From contig JBIOZG010000005.1 in NCBI GenBank assembly GCA_044870765.1, positions 64,001 to 128,000 on the forward strand: a stretch of DNA of 64,000 nt, read 5' to 3'. The position numbers and the translations under genes are program-made. The notes under the pieces are model-generated. The model saw nothing but the letters and a program-made list of their open reading frames with translations. It searched no databases and was not told the DNA's origin. Of the stretch, positions 1 through 8,498 are shown in pieces (position 1 is the stretch's first letter; every line of letters begins with the position of its first letter). The stretch is from Nitrososphaeraceae archaeon (GTDB taxonomy: Archaea; Thermoproteota; Nitrososphaeria; Nitrososphaerales; Nitrososphaeraceae).

Positions 1-942
1 GTAATGTATTTGGATGAACTTATTCAGAAAGGATGGGGTCTCGGTTCTGGTATCAGTCTTTTCATTATGGCTGGTGTAGCTCAGGGAATTTTGTGGAGTA
101 TATTCAGTCCACTTCCAGTACCTGGCGCTACTGAACCATCGGGAATACTTCCATACATTATTGATTCTGCCATACATGGAGATCTTTCTAATGCATTTTT
201 TAGAAGTGGTCAGCTGCCAAGTATTTTTGGCCTAATAGTTACTTCATTGGTGCTATTGGCTCTTGTTTATGTACAAGGTATTCATGTAGACATACCAATA
301 GTGTCTACCAAGTATAGAGGGTTTACTGCAGTATATCCTATAAAATTACTTTACACATCTAATATTCCTGTTATCCTAGCGTCAGCTTTACTCGCAAATG
401 CTGTGTTTATGGGGCAGATGCTATGGGCAAACTATAATCCTGACAATTCAAATCCATTTTTTAACGTGATAGCTCAATTTGATCCGCAGCAATCACAGTC
501 GCCGACTGGAGGAACTTTGTATTATATTACTGCTCCGAGAAGCTTTGAACATTCGCTTCAGGATCCTGTAAGAACTGTCGTCTATATTATATTTCTGACA
601 GGAATTGTTACTGTATTTGGTCGTCTGTGGGTTGAGCTAGGTGGTCTATCTCCAAAAGCAGCGGCGAAAAACTTGTTGGATGCAGATGTACAGGTCCCTG
701 GTTTTAGACGAACGCAAAGCTCTGTACAAACTCTGCTTAACAAGTACATACCGGCTGTGACAATAGCGGGTGGAATCATAATTGGATTACTGGCATCAGT
801 GTCAAATGTTTTGAGCGTTTTTGGTACTGGAATTGGTATCTTACTTATGGTAGACATTTTGGTTAATTATTATAACTTGCTCATCCGAGAACAAGTAGAT
901 ATTCATATGCCCAAACTGGCGGCACTCCTTGGAAGAACCTAA
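1..942 (+). CDS. secY: Preprotein translocase subunit SecY (3' part; gene starts before the window)
   Basis: LDELIQKGWGLGSGISLFI, YPIKLLYTSNIPVIL, QVPGFRR and GTGIGILLMV motifs; reading frame open from base 1. Confidence 0.97.
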   Translation, partial: VMYLDELIQKGWGLGSGISLFIMAGVAQGILWSIFSPLPVPGATEPSGILPYIIDSAIHGDLSNAFFRSGQLPSIFGLIVTSLVLLALVYVQGIHVDIPIVSTKYRGFTAVYPIKLLYTSNIPVILASALLANAVFMGQMLWANYNPDNSNPFFNVIAQFDPQQSQSPTGGTLYYITAPRSFEHSLQDPVRTVVYIIFLTGIVTVFGRLWVELGGLSPKAAAKNLLDADVQVPGFRRTQSSVQTLLNKYIPAVTIAGGIIIGLLASVSNVLSVFGTGIGILLMVDILVNYYNLLIREQVDIHMPKLAALLGRT

Positions 943-1519
943 AGGAACTAAAGTTATAATTGTTGGTATTCCCGGTGTAGGAAAGAGTACCATAATTTCC
1001 AATGCGACAACTGAGTTACAAAATATGGGAACATCTGTCACGACTGTAGTTTTTGGATCAGTAATGTTCGAAGAAGCTAAAAAATTGGGAATAACAGATA
1101 GAGATCAGATGAGAAAACTTTCAATTGATGTGCAACAAAAATTACAAAACATGGCAGCCGATCTTATCTCAGGTCGAAGAGAATCGATAGTTGTCATTGA
1201 CACGCATCTTTTTATAAAGACATCATCGGGGTATTATCCTGGATTACCTATGAATTTAATTTTAAAGTTAAATCCTGACAGATTGATTCTAGTCAGCGCA
1301 AAATCGGAAGAAATTCTCAGGAGAAGAAATGATGATAATACTCGAACAAGGGATGTGATATCTGATGATGAAATTAAAAGGGATATTGAAGTTTCCCTGT
1401 CAATGATTTCATCTCTTTCTATTTTGACAGGGGCGCCCTTTGAGATTATTCATAACCATGATAACATGATAGATTCTGCTACTTCTCAAATGGTGGAATT
1501 ACTAAAAAAATCTACTTAA
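929..1519 (+). CDS. adkA: Archaeal adenylate kinase
   Basis: GIPGVGKS P-loop, IDTH..GYYPGLP motif; follows secY. Confidence 0.95.
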   Translation: MEEPKGTKVIIVGIPGVGKSTIISNATTELQNMGTSVTTVVFGSVMFEEAKKLGITDRDQMRKLSIDVQQKLQNMAADLISGRRESIVVIDTHLFIKTSSGYYPGLPMNLILKLNPDRLILVSAKSEEILRRRNDDNTRTRDVISDDEIKRDIEVSLSMISSLSILTGAPFEIIHNHDNMIDSATSQMVELLKKST

Positions 1520-1596
1520 CTGATAAATATCAAAACATGAGCTCCATATATATGAATATTGGGCCGACAATATCAGAGTAGACTAAGGGAAAAGAT

Positions 1597-2178
1597 TTGA
1601 AATTAAATGATATTCGGGATATAAGTCTAGTAATATCCGGAAGCGCTGCTGTTGGCAAGACTACACTGGCTGATGCTCTTGCAAAGGAGTTTGGATTTAA
1701 ATTGTATAATGGAGGAGATATTCTAAAGGAAATTGCACGTCGACAGGGTCATACAATATCTGGAAATGATTGGTGGGATTCCGATGATGCAGTAGGATTC
1801 ATGAAAGAAAGAAAGAAAAACCCCGCCTTTGACAAACAGGTAGATGAAAAACTAATTAAAATCGCTCAAAAAGGTAACGTTATCATTACCAGTCATACAC
1901 TTCCTTGGTTAACTTCCGAACCAATTACGTTTTGGCTCAGTGCATCCCAGGAGAAGAGATCTGAAAGGATGTCAAAACGTGACAACATTTCAATATCGGA
2001 GGCTCTTGATATTGTGAAGATGAGAGATAGAGAAAATAACCAGATATACAAGAATATTTATGGTTCACAATTCGGAGAAAACAAGGATGTTTTTGATTTC
2101 ATAATAAATACTGAGTTATTGACTCTTGAATCACTAGTTTATTTGTGCAAGGAAATCATAAAGAAGATGAAAGTATAG
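1597..2178 (+). CDS. cmk: Cytidylate kinase (archaeal type)
   Basis: ISGSAAVGKTT P-loop, FDKQVD; position between adk and cbf5. Confidence 0.9.
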   Translation: MKLNDIRDISLVISGSAAVGKTTLADALAKEFGFKLYNGGDILKEIARRQGHTISGNDWWDSDDAVGFMKERKKNPAFDKQVDEKLIKIAQKGNVIITSHTLPWLTSEPITFWLSASQEKRSERMSKRDNISISEALDIVKMRDRENNQIYKNIYGSQFGENKDVFDFIINTELLTLESLVYLCKEIIKKMKV

Positions 2179-2198
2179 TAGTTTAGAGGGGGCATGTT

Positions 2199-3200
2199 AT
2201 GACATTAAAAATTGATACCTTGGAGATAATAAACGATGACGTTACTAGCGAGAAGTATGGACATTATCCTGAAAAAAGACCCATAGACGTTCTATTGGAT
2301 AATGGCATTATTTTATTAGATAAGCCTTCTGGTCCAACTAGCCATGAGGTAGTTGCTTGGACTAAGAGAATTCTGGAGATTCCAAAAGCAGGTCACAGTG
2401 GAACTCTTGATCCAGGTACTACGGGTCTCCTGCCCATTGGGCTTGGTGATGCCACAAAGGCACTATCAATACTTCTATTGGGACCAAAGGAATACTATGC
2501 TATTGCAAGAATTCACAATCAAAGCAATGTTGCTGAGATAGATAGAGTACTTGATAAGTTTAAAGGAGAGATTTACCAAAGGCCTCCCCAGAGATCCTCA
2601 GTCAAGAGATCTACTCGCATTAGAAAAATATACGAGTTAGAAAGAATGGAAAGTGCTGATAACATTCTATTGTTGCGCGTATTATGCGAAGCAGGTACGT
2701 ATATTAGAAAATTGGTGTATGATGTCGGTGAGGTACTTGGAACAGGAGCTACGATGTTCGAATTGCGGAGAACAAGAGTAAGCTTATTCTCAGAATCCTC
2801 GGATAAACTGATAAGATTGCATGATTTGGTAGATGCATTTGAAACTTATAAAGAGTCAAAGGGAGAAGAAAAAATTCGTTCAATTATAAAGCCAATTGAG
2901 ATAGCACTAGATGGAATAGCCACAGTTGCAGTAAAGGACTCTGCAGTTGATGCATTGTGTCATGGTGCACAAGTTGCCATTCCTGGGATCGTAGCTTTTG
3001 ATAAAGGTGTGAAGAAAAGGACCTTGGTTGGAATTTATACATTAAAGGGAGAAATTATCGCATTGGGTGATGCGAATATGGACGCAGAAGAAATACGACA
3101 AAATGATAAAGGTATAGCCTTCACAATTAAGCGATTGATAATGAAACCTAATATTTACCCACGTGGCTGGAAGACCAATAAAACTTGGAATGAAAAATGA
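2199..3200 (+). CDS. cbf5: H/ACA RNA-guided pseudouridine synthase Cbf5 (TruB family with PUA domain)
   Basis: LDKPSGPTSHEV, GHSGTLDP (catalytic Asp), CEAGTYIRKL, PUA domain AVDALCHGA. Confidence 0.96.
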   Translation: MTLKIDTLEIINDDVTSEKYGHYPEKRPIDVLLDNGIILLDKPSGPTSHEVVAWTKRILEIPKAGHSGTLDPGTTGLLPIGLGDATKALSILLLGPKEYYAIARIHNQSNVAEIDRVLDKFKGEIYQRPPQRSSVKRSTRIRKIYELERMESADNILLLRVLCEAGTYIRKLVYDVGEVLGTGATMFELRRTRVSLFSESSDKLIRLHDLVDAFETYKESKGEEKIRSIIKPIEIALDGIATVAVKDSAVDALCHGAQVAIPGIVAFDKGVKKRTLVGIYTLKGEIIALGDANMDAEEIRQNDKGIAFTIKRLIMKPNIYPRGWKTNKTWNEK

Positions 3201-3289
3201 AAAAATTGAGTTCTACTCGCCTTGGTTCTTTACTTTTGATTTATTTCGTAGTTTGATATTCTATCATACCTATTAGAAGATTACTCATC

Positions 3290-4219
3290 TTAGCCGTTAT
3301 CTTCAGGATTATTGTTCTCGTCTGCTGAGTCAGTAGAGTTTAACATACTGGTAACGTTGGTGGTATTTAGAGATTCACTAGGAGTTTCAGCAGCTGTAGC
3401 ATTGGCAGGACTTGTGTTAGTCTCTTCCTCTCCTGTTTGCTTTAGTTCTTCTCCTGTCATTGCTTGTTCTTCTTCGCCTTCAGCTTGTTTTTGTTCTTCT
3501 CTTGTCTGAGCTGGTTGTTCTCCACTAGTAGCATTTGTCATGTTAGTCTCTTCCTCTCCTGTTTGCTTTAGTTCTGCACCAGTAACATCTGTAGCATTCG
3601 TACTTGTTGCATTAGCATTTTCTTCTTCAGCCGCTGCTTGATCTTCCTCTTCTGATGTTGAGTTAGATACTGGGACTTCGTCATCTTCTTCAGATGGTGC
3701 ACTTGTAGTATTTACTACAACGGATTCAATTTCTTTAACTTGTTCTGGAGTTGCGAGTGATAATATTGATTTGTTATCATTAGCGTTAGATGTCAACTTT
3801 TCCAGCACATCAGTTGGAGCAAGACCAACGCCGGTGCTATTCTTCAGGTCATCATCAACAAATTTTATGATTTTTGTGGAATTTGCAGGAAGTACTTCTA
3901 ATATTTCCGTTCTATTGCCAATTGAAAGTGCGTCACTATCGGGATCTTTGACCAATGTTTCTTTTGGTAGGTCAGCTACTGTTGTAGCATCTGCTGGCGG
4001 AGGTGGAGGAGCTGCTCCATCTTCACTCTTAGGCGTAAAACCTGGAGTTTGACCATCAAATGCGGGAGTTTCTGAATCCGTTGTATTAGTTGTATTTGCA
4101 CCTTGACCAAAAATTACTTGACTTTGCGTTGGGACTACGATAAATAACGCTGATGCCAGTAATAATAAACTTACAAAACCGTATTTTAGGAGCTTCATTT
4201 CAAGACATACTTTTAACAT
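3290..4219 (-). CDS. Secreted or surface acidic low-complexity protein
   Basis: N-terminal signal peptide, poly-Pro stretch, E/T/N-rich C-terminal half with many N-x-S/T sequons. Confidence 0.8.
   Translation of the reverse strand: MLKVCLEMKLLKYGFVSLLLLASALFIVVPTQSQVIFGQGANTTNTTDSETPAFDGQTPGFTPKSEDGAAPPPPPADATTVADLPKETLVKDPDSDALSIGNRTEILEVLPANSTKIIKFVDDDLKNSTGVGLAPTDVLEKLTSNANDNKSILSLATPEQVKEIESVVVNTTSAPSEEDDEVPVSNSTSEEEDQAAAEEENANATSTNATDVTGAELKQTGEEETNMTNATSGEQPAQTREEQKQAEGEEEQAMTGEELKQTGEEETNTSPANATAAETPSESLNTTNVTSMLNSTDSADENNNPEDNG
3415..3575. repeat. 35-bp exact direct repeat inside the secreted-protein gene (3415-3449 and 3541-3575; encodes ELKQTGEEETN)
   Basis: tgttagtctcttcctctcctgtttgctttagttct occurs twice. 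Confidence 0.9.
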
Positions 4220-4410
4220 GTTAACGATAATTTAAACAATGCTAATAAGATTTGTGGATTTGGAAAATATATTAATTCACTAGAGGGTCTCTACAGCATT
4301 CAAAAAATCAGCACCCATAAGTAAAGTTAGGATACAGGTCTAATTACTTATCTGTAAATAAAAAGTAATTTTTGTAGTGAAATGAAAAAAGATTGAAAAA
4401 GATTAAAAAT

Positions 4411-5142
4411 TTAGAAATCTTCGCAATTTGATTTCTTTGTGTCTCCTCGAGATGGATGGTAATCTAGGATAATATCGTCTCCACTACCACAATCAAATTT
4501 ATCCGCTCCCGAACCTCCTCTCAGTACATCATCATCTTTTCCACCAAAGAGTTTATCATTTCCTTTGCCGCCTGACAGTCTATCATCTCCGCTTCCTCCA
4601 GCGATGTTATCCTTACCTGCAAAGCCTTTTAGTTTGTCATCACCCTTTTCTCCATAGAGCCAATCATTTCCTCTATTTCCTCCAATCCAATCATCTCCTC
4701 GACTTCCAAAAATGAAATCATTGCCTCTATTTCCTTCTATTATGTCATTTCCTTTTCCTCCTGTTATATCATCTTCCCCGCTATTACCTTGAATCACATC
4801 GGTATTTCTTCCACCATAAATGGTGTCATCACCGCCATTTCCTTCAACTATGTCTTCATCATCTCCTGCCAATATGAAATCATCGCCAGAATTTCCAATA
4901 ATATTGTCATCTCCATCATGTCCATACAGGTTATCTTCTCCAGATTTTCCCCACATTACGTCATCACCTTCCAATCCCCAAATACTATCATCATCATTTG
5001 TTCCCGGGAGAATGTCGTCATCATCACTTCCTACTATATTGTCCGCCCATGCACTAGAAATAACTGCTGGAGATAGCGCAGCCATGATCACCGCAATTAA
5101 AGCAACAAATATTTTTTTACCGTTGATAATCTTATAGTACAT
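4411..5142 (-). CDS. Secreted hemolysin-type (RTX-like) calcium-binding repeat protein
   Basis: Signal peptide then about 20 GxxGxDxI/L nonapeptides; C-terminal DCG...NCE Cys pair. Confidence 0.92.
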   Translation of the reverse strand: MYYKIINGKKIFVALIAVIMAALSPAVISSAWADNIVGSDDDDILPGTNDDDSIWGLEGDDVMWGKSGEDNLYGHDGDDNIIGNSGDDFILAGDDEDIVEGNGGDDTIYGGRNTDVIQGNSGEDDITGGKGNDIIEGNRGNDFIFGSRGDDWIGGNRGNDWLYGEKGDDKLKGFAGKDNIAGGSGDDRLSGGKGNDKLFGGKDDDVLRGGSGADKFDCGSGDDIILDYHPSRGDTKKSNCEDF

Positions 5143-5916
5143 CTCTTATCTACAACTAGTAGAATGTCCACTAATTTAAGCAGTACTTTTTTTTATCTAA
5201 ATTCAAATTAAATTTAATCTCTTTTTTTGCAGGGAAATCCAAATTGGACCATAAAAAATGCCCGTATAGGGAATTTGACTTCATGTATACATCTGGACAA
5301 AATTCACAGTGGCTAGCCTCATTGGTGATATTTATCCAGAATTGGATCCAATAAAAGACAGTGATGTTAAATATTTTCCATCAAAATTTAATTGAATTTG
5401 GACGTTACCAAGTGATTTGAATATGCACAAGAATCTGCTTTATTCAAAGGGATTAGTCCATACACTCTAAGCTATGCTATACTTGACTCCGGCAATAACA
5501 ATCCCTTTTGTATTTTAATTCCCACTAATGGCTTGGTGGTAAGTTGAAGATTTTGCGCTTTTGCATCCCTGAGCAATAGCTATTCATCACTTTTGATCTC
5601 TAGCATCTTTGCTTGTGGAGCAACAATGTATGCGTTTTCAAGAAATTTCAATAGCGGATATTTTAATTCCATTCTTAACTAAACAAACTGTTTGTCTAGT
5701 TCGTCTACAAATGTAATTATCTATTCTCATCGACCGTTGATCACACTATCTATTTAAAAATAGAATGCAGATATTGATTCTTTAAATTAATTACTCACAA
5801 ATTTGGTTTATCATAAATGTTGCTAAACAATACAATTAGATTTTTATTTTTTCTTTTCAGGCATTCATTGTATTGACATGGTTCTGAATAAATAGCAAGT
5901 TAAGGGATGGATTAGG

Positions 5917-6066
5917 ATGAACTTTATTCGCGATGATGGAATAAAATTGCAGGCTTTTTTTACCATTTATGAGAGCGATACTGGATATACGATTGCCAAA
6001 CTTGATTTGCTTACTTCGTCAGAACTCTTGCATTATACAGATGGAGTTAGATGTTTGGACGAGTGA
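5917..6066 (+). CDS. Small ORF or gene remnant (49 aa, MNFIRDDGIKLQAFF...)
   Basis: Manually translated; an in-frame TAG lies just upstream, so it may be a decayed gene. Confidence 0.3.
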   Translation: MNFIRDDGIKLQAFFTIYESDTGYTIAKLDLLTSSELLHYTDGVRCLDE

Positions 6067-6081
6067 GCACCTGGATTAAAG

Positions 6082-6181
6082 CGCCGGGAGAGGGATTTGA
6101 ACCCTCGAGACCTTCACAGGTCACAAGCTTTCAATATGATATATTCCAGGCTTGCGCCCTACCAGGCTAGGCGACCCCGGC
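6082..6181 (-). tRNA. tRNA-Ser(GGA) with a 14-nt intron at 37/38 (6130-6143)
   Basis: GCCGGGG acceptor stem, CAAGC/GCTTG anticodon stem, long variable arm, GGTTCAAATCC T-arm, discriminator G. Confidence 0.92.
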
Positions 6182-6276
6182 TCAGATTCTACTCAATTTT
6201 TTCTTTATATTAACTATTAATTAACTAATTAATTGCAATCATTGTATTCTGTTCTTATAATTTAAATTATGAGAAA

Positions 6277-6459
6277 TTATTCTTCATCACTTAGGAGTTT
6301 TCCGGACATCATATCATATTCATTAATGTTATTATGTCCTAACTTCTCCACATGTTCTTCAACATCAGAACGAAATGAAAATGTAGATCTACAATCTTTA
6401 CAAATCCAAATCGATCTTAGATCATAGTTTTTCATTGGTGAATTTGAAGTATAAAACAT
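6277..6459 (-). CDS. C2H2 zinc-finger microprotein
   Basis: WICKDCRSTFSFRSDVEEHVEKLGH. Confidence 0.75.
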   Translation of the reverse strand: MFYTSNSPMKNYDLRSIWICKDCRSTFSFRSDVEEHVEKLGHNNINEYDMMSGKLLSDEE

Positions 6460-6617
6460 CCAATTTAAGCAATCAGGTAGGAAGTTACATATTATTGATT
6501 AAATAAAATCTTTCTAAAGTATTAAGTAGTCGATTCTTTCGTAAAAAGAGAAAAAAGATGAAATCCGCAATTCACTCACGTAAAGTCTATAATATCCATC
6601 AATATTCTCAATATTAA

Positions 6618-6776
6618 TTGAGCACTGCATCCATCTCTGTTGATTGCAAAAGTAACAGGCACTTAGAATGTGCAGATTGTATGTGTAAATGCCATATTCC
6701 GGGGACTATGGAGAATTTAGCTAAGAAAATTGCCAAACTAGAAAAAGATACTCCTGGGGTAGGAGAAACACTCTGA
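6618..6776 (+). CDS. Cys/His-rich metal-binding microprotein (52 aa, not in ORF track)
   Basis: TTG start; MSTASISVDCKSNRHLECADCMCKCHIPGTMENLAKKIAKLEKDTPGVGETL. Confidence 0.7.
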   Translation: MSTASISVDCKSNRHLECADCMCKCHIPGTMENLAKKIAKLEKDTPGVGETL

Positions 6777-6816
6777 TTTATCACGAAACAATATTTGATT
6801 TTGCTACCTTTACGTA

Positions 6817-7425
6817 CTATTGACTAAGTCGTTTTCCATTGTATGACAAACAAACTAGATAAAATTCACTACTTTTCTGTCTGCTTGCCTTGGGCTTACT
6901 CGTTGTAACCTTAGAAAAGACCTTGGAAGCCTCTTGTTTGACTATGCTAGAATTGTTTCCCTCAAAAATCTTGAACACCGCGTGTCCACCATTTTTTAAG
7001 AGCTTTGTTGACATTTTCAATGAAATTAAAGTTAGTGAAATTTGTCTCTCATGATCGAAATGCCAGATTCCACTAACATTGGGAGACAAGTCAGATAATA
7101 CTACGTCAAAAGAAAATGGAGATATGTTATTTATGATCTGAATGATATTCGGATCTTCTATGTCAGCTTGAATTATGGTAGTATCCGAAATTGGTTTAAC
7201 TGGATCCACGTCTATTCCAATAACCTTTCCATCCGGTCCCGCAAATTTCGTTGAAACTTGCAACCAACCACCCGGAGCACTACCAATATCTAAAATGGTA
7301 TCATTCAGTTTTAGCAAATTGTATTTTTTGTTAAGCTCTATTAGTTTGTATGAGGACCTACTACGATATCCTTGTTCTTTTGCTAATTTTCTATATTCGT
7401 CCTTTCTGGCGAGATCTATTTTCAT
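6817..7425 (-). CDS. rlmE: 23S rRNA Um2552 methyltransferase RlmE/FtsJ
   Basis: GYRSRSSYKL, LDIGSAPGGW, DVVLSDLSPN, KPKASRQKSSEFY. Confidence 0.96.
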   Translation of the reverse strand: MKIDLARKDEYRKLAKEQGYRSRSSYKLIELNKKYNLLKLNDTILDIGSAPGGWLQVSTKFAGPDGKVIGIDVDPVKPISDTTIIQADIEDPNIIQIINNISPFSFDVVLSDLSPNVSGIWHFDHERQISLTLISLKMSTKLLKNGGHAVFKIFEGNNSSIVKQEASKVFSKVTTSKPKASRQKSSEFYLVCLSYNGKRLSQ

Positions 7426-7449
7426 ATGCCAACATTCATCCGATTTGTT

Positions 7450-7563
7450 TCATAGAGACTTTTTAGATTTTGGTGTTCTTGGAACATGCTTAGCACCAGT
7501 CATTAATGTCCTGAGTGAATTTTCATTAATTGATTTAGTAAAAACAGCAATTATAACTCCCAA
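7450..7563 (-). CDS. Small basic protein (37 aa, not in ORF track)
   Basis: TTG start; MGVIIAVFTKSINENSLRTLMTGAKHVPRTPKSKKSL; fills the gap between the Zn-finger gene and rlmE on the same strand. Confidence 0.5.
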   Translation of the reverse strand: MGVIIAVFTKSINENSLRTLMTGAKHVPRTPKSKKSL

Positions 7564-7566
7564 TTA

Positions 7567-7713
7567 CTAGGTAAAATATTTTTTCATAATATTTTCCATC
7601 TTTAATTTTTCAATATCTTTATCGCCCAAAGTTTCTGGATGTTGTTGTTTCAAGTGCCTTAATGTAAACCTAACACTTTGCCCACAAAGTTTACACTTCG
7701 CTTTTCCAAACAT
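7567..7713 (-). CDS. C2H2-like zinc-finger microprotein (48 aa, not in ORF track)
   Basis: MFGKAKCKLCGQSVRFTLRHLKQQHPETLGDKDIEKLKMENIMKKYFT. Confidence 0.8.
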   Translation of the reverse strand: MFGKAKCKLCGQSVRFTLRHLKQQHPETLGDKDIEKLKMENIMKKYFT

Positions 7714-7916
7714 TTAGGATAAGGTATCATAAAGAGTAATAAAAATTGCTAGTATTGCAAAGAACGATTCAAATTGGTAAATTATTAACTCAAGTATTAG
7801 CACCCATCACGTTACTTCAAATTACAATACAAGACTTACGACATCTTTTCTATTATATTTCTCTCAATAATGAAGAGGTCTATGTGAGCCATGTAAAGCA
7901 GCAGTTTTGAATAATC

Positions 7917-8069
7917 TCAACCAATTCCAATTGGGGGCCTTTTGTGTTCACTGTGTTCCAGAAGTGTATGATAATTTAACGTTTCAACATTCTCAAACGA
8001 CTTTCCACAAATTTTACATTTCCATGTGTTCAGCCCTTCAGCAGTTTTACTCGACTGCCCAGTTGACAT
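7917..8069 (-). CDS. C2H2 zinc-finger microprotein (50 aa, not in ORF track)
   Basis: MSTGQSSKTAEGLNTWKCKICGKSFENVETLNYHTLLEHSEHKRPPIGIG; classical CxxC-x3-F-x5-L-x2-H-x4-H. Confidence 0.85.
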   Translation of the reverse strand: MSTGQSSKTAEGLNTWKCKICGKSFENVETLNYHTLLEHSEHKRPPIGIG

Positions 8070-8253
8070 ATTATTATTATAGGGGTCATCGCAGATAAGG
8101 TTTTCATCATAAAATCGTCAAAATTCATCAATTATAATCCAACTGGCCAAATGAGTCATATTTGATGGAGTTAGGAAGTCCAAAATTAAGATTTGAATGA
8201 TGAAAATAATGATTCGAAAAACAAAAATAGGAATGGAAAAAACTCATCTCTGC

Positions 8254-8421
8254 ATGCCGATAACTGATCCTAACAAGAAACAAATTGCTCAACAGAGAAG
8301 ACTATTTTATAAAATATGTTTTGACTGCGGGGGAAAAAATCCCATACTTGCTTCAAGATGCAGAAAATGTCATGGAAAAAATATGAGACTTAAAAACAGG
8401 GCATTGGGAGCAAAGAAGTAA
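8254..8421 (+). CDS. rpl40e: 50S ribosomal protein L40e
   Basis: KICFDCGGKNPILASRCRKC..MRLK; start re-placed at MPITD. Confidence 0.95.
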   Translation: MPITDPNKKQIAQQRRLFYKICFDCGGKNPILASRCRKCHGKNMRLKNRALGAKK

Positions 8422-8498
8422 GACATTATTTTTTTCGTAAAATTTGTTGATTTGTTTAAGAATATATAAATATTATCAAGCTGAATTCTAATTATACT

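Noticed and set aside
4302-4316. aaaaaatcagcaccc is identical to the tRNA-Arg intron/exon junction (61544-61558)
   Set aside because: A 15-mer with an A-run is expected by chance in an AT-rich 64-kb window; it is not a tRNA 3'-end att site
7907-8098. 63-aa plus-strand ORF from the track
   Set aside because: The opposite strand encodes a clear C2H2 finger (7917-8069), which is the more credible gene
8197-8253. N-terminal extensions in the ORF track (rpl40e; also mtnP, DUF424, cofC, cofD, cobA, HAD phosphatase)
   Set aside because: Family N-termini and overlaps with neighbours favour the downstream starts used above
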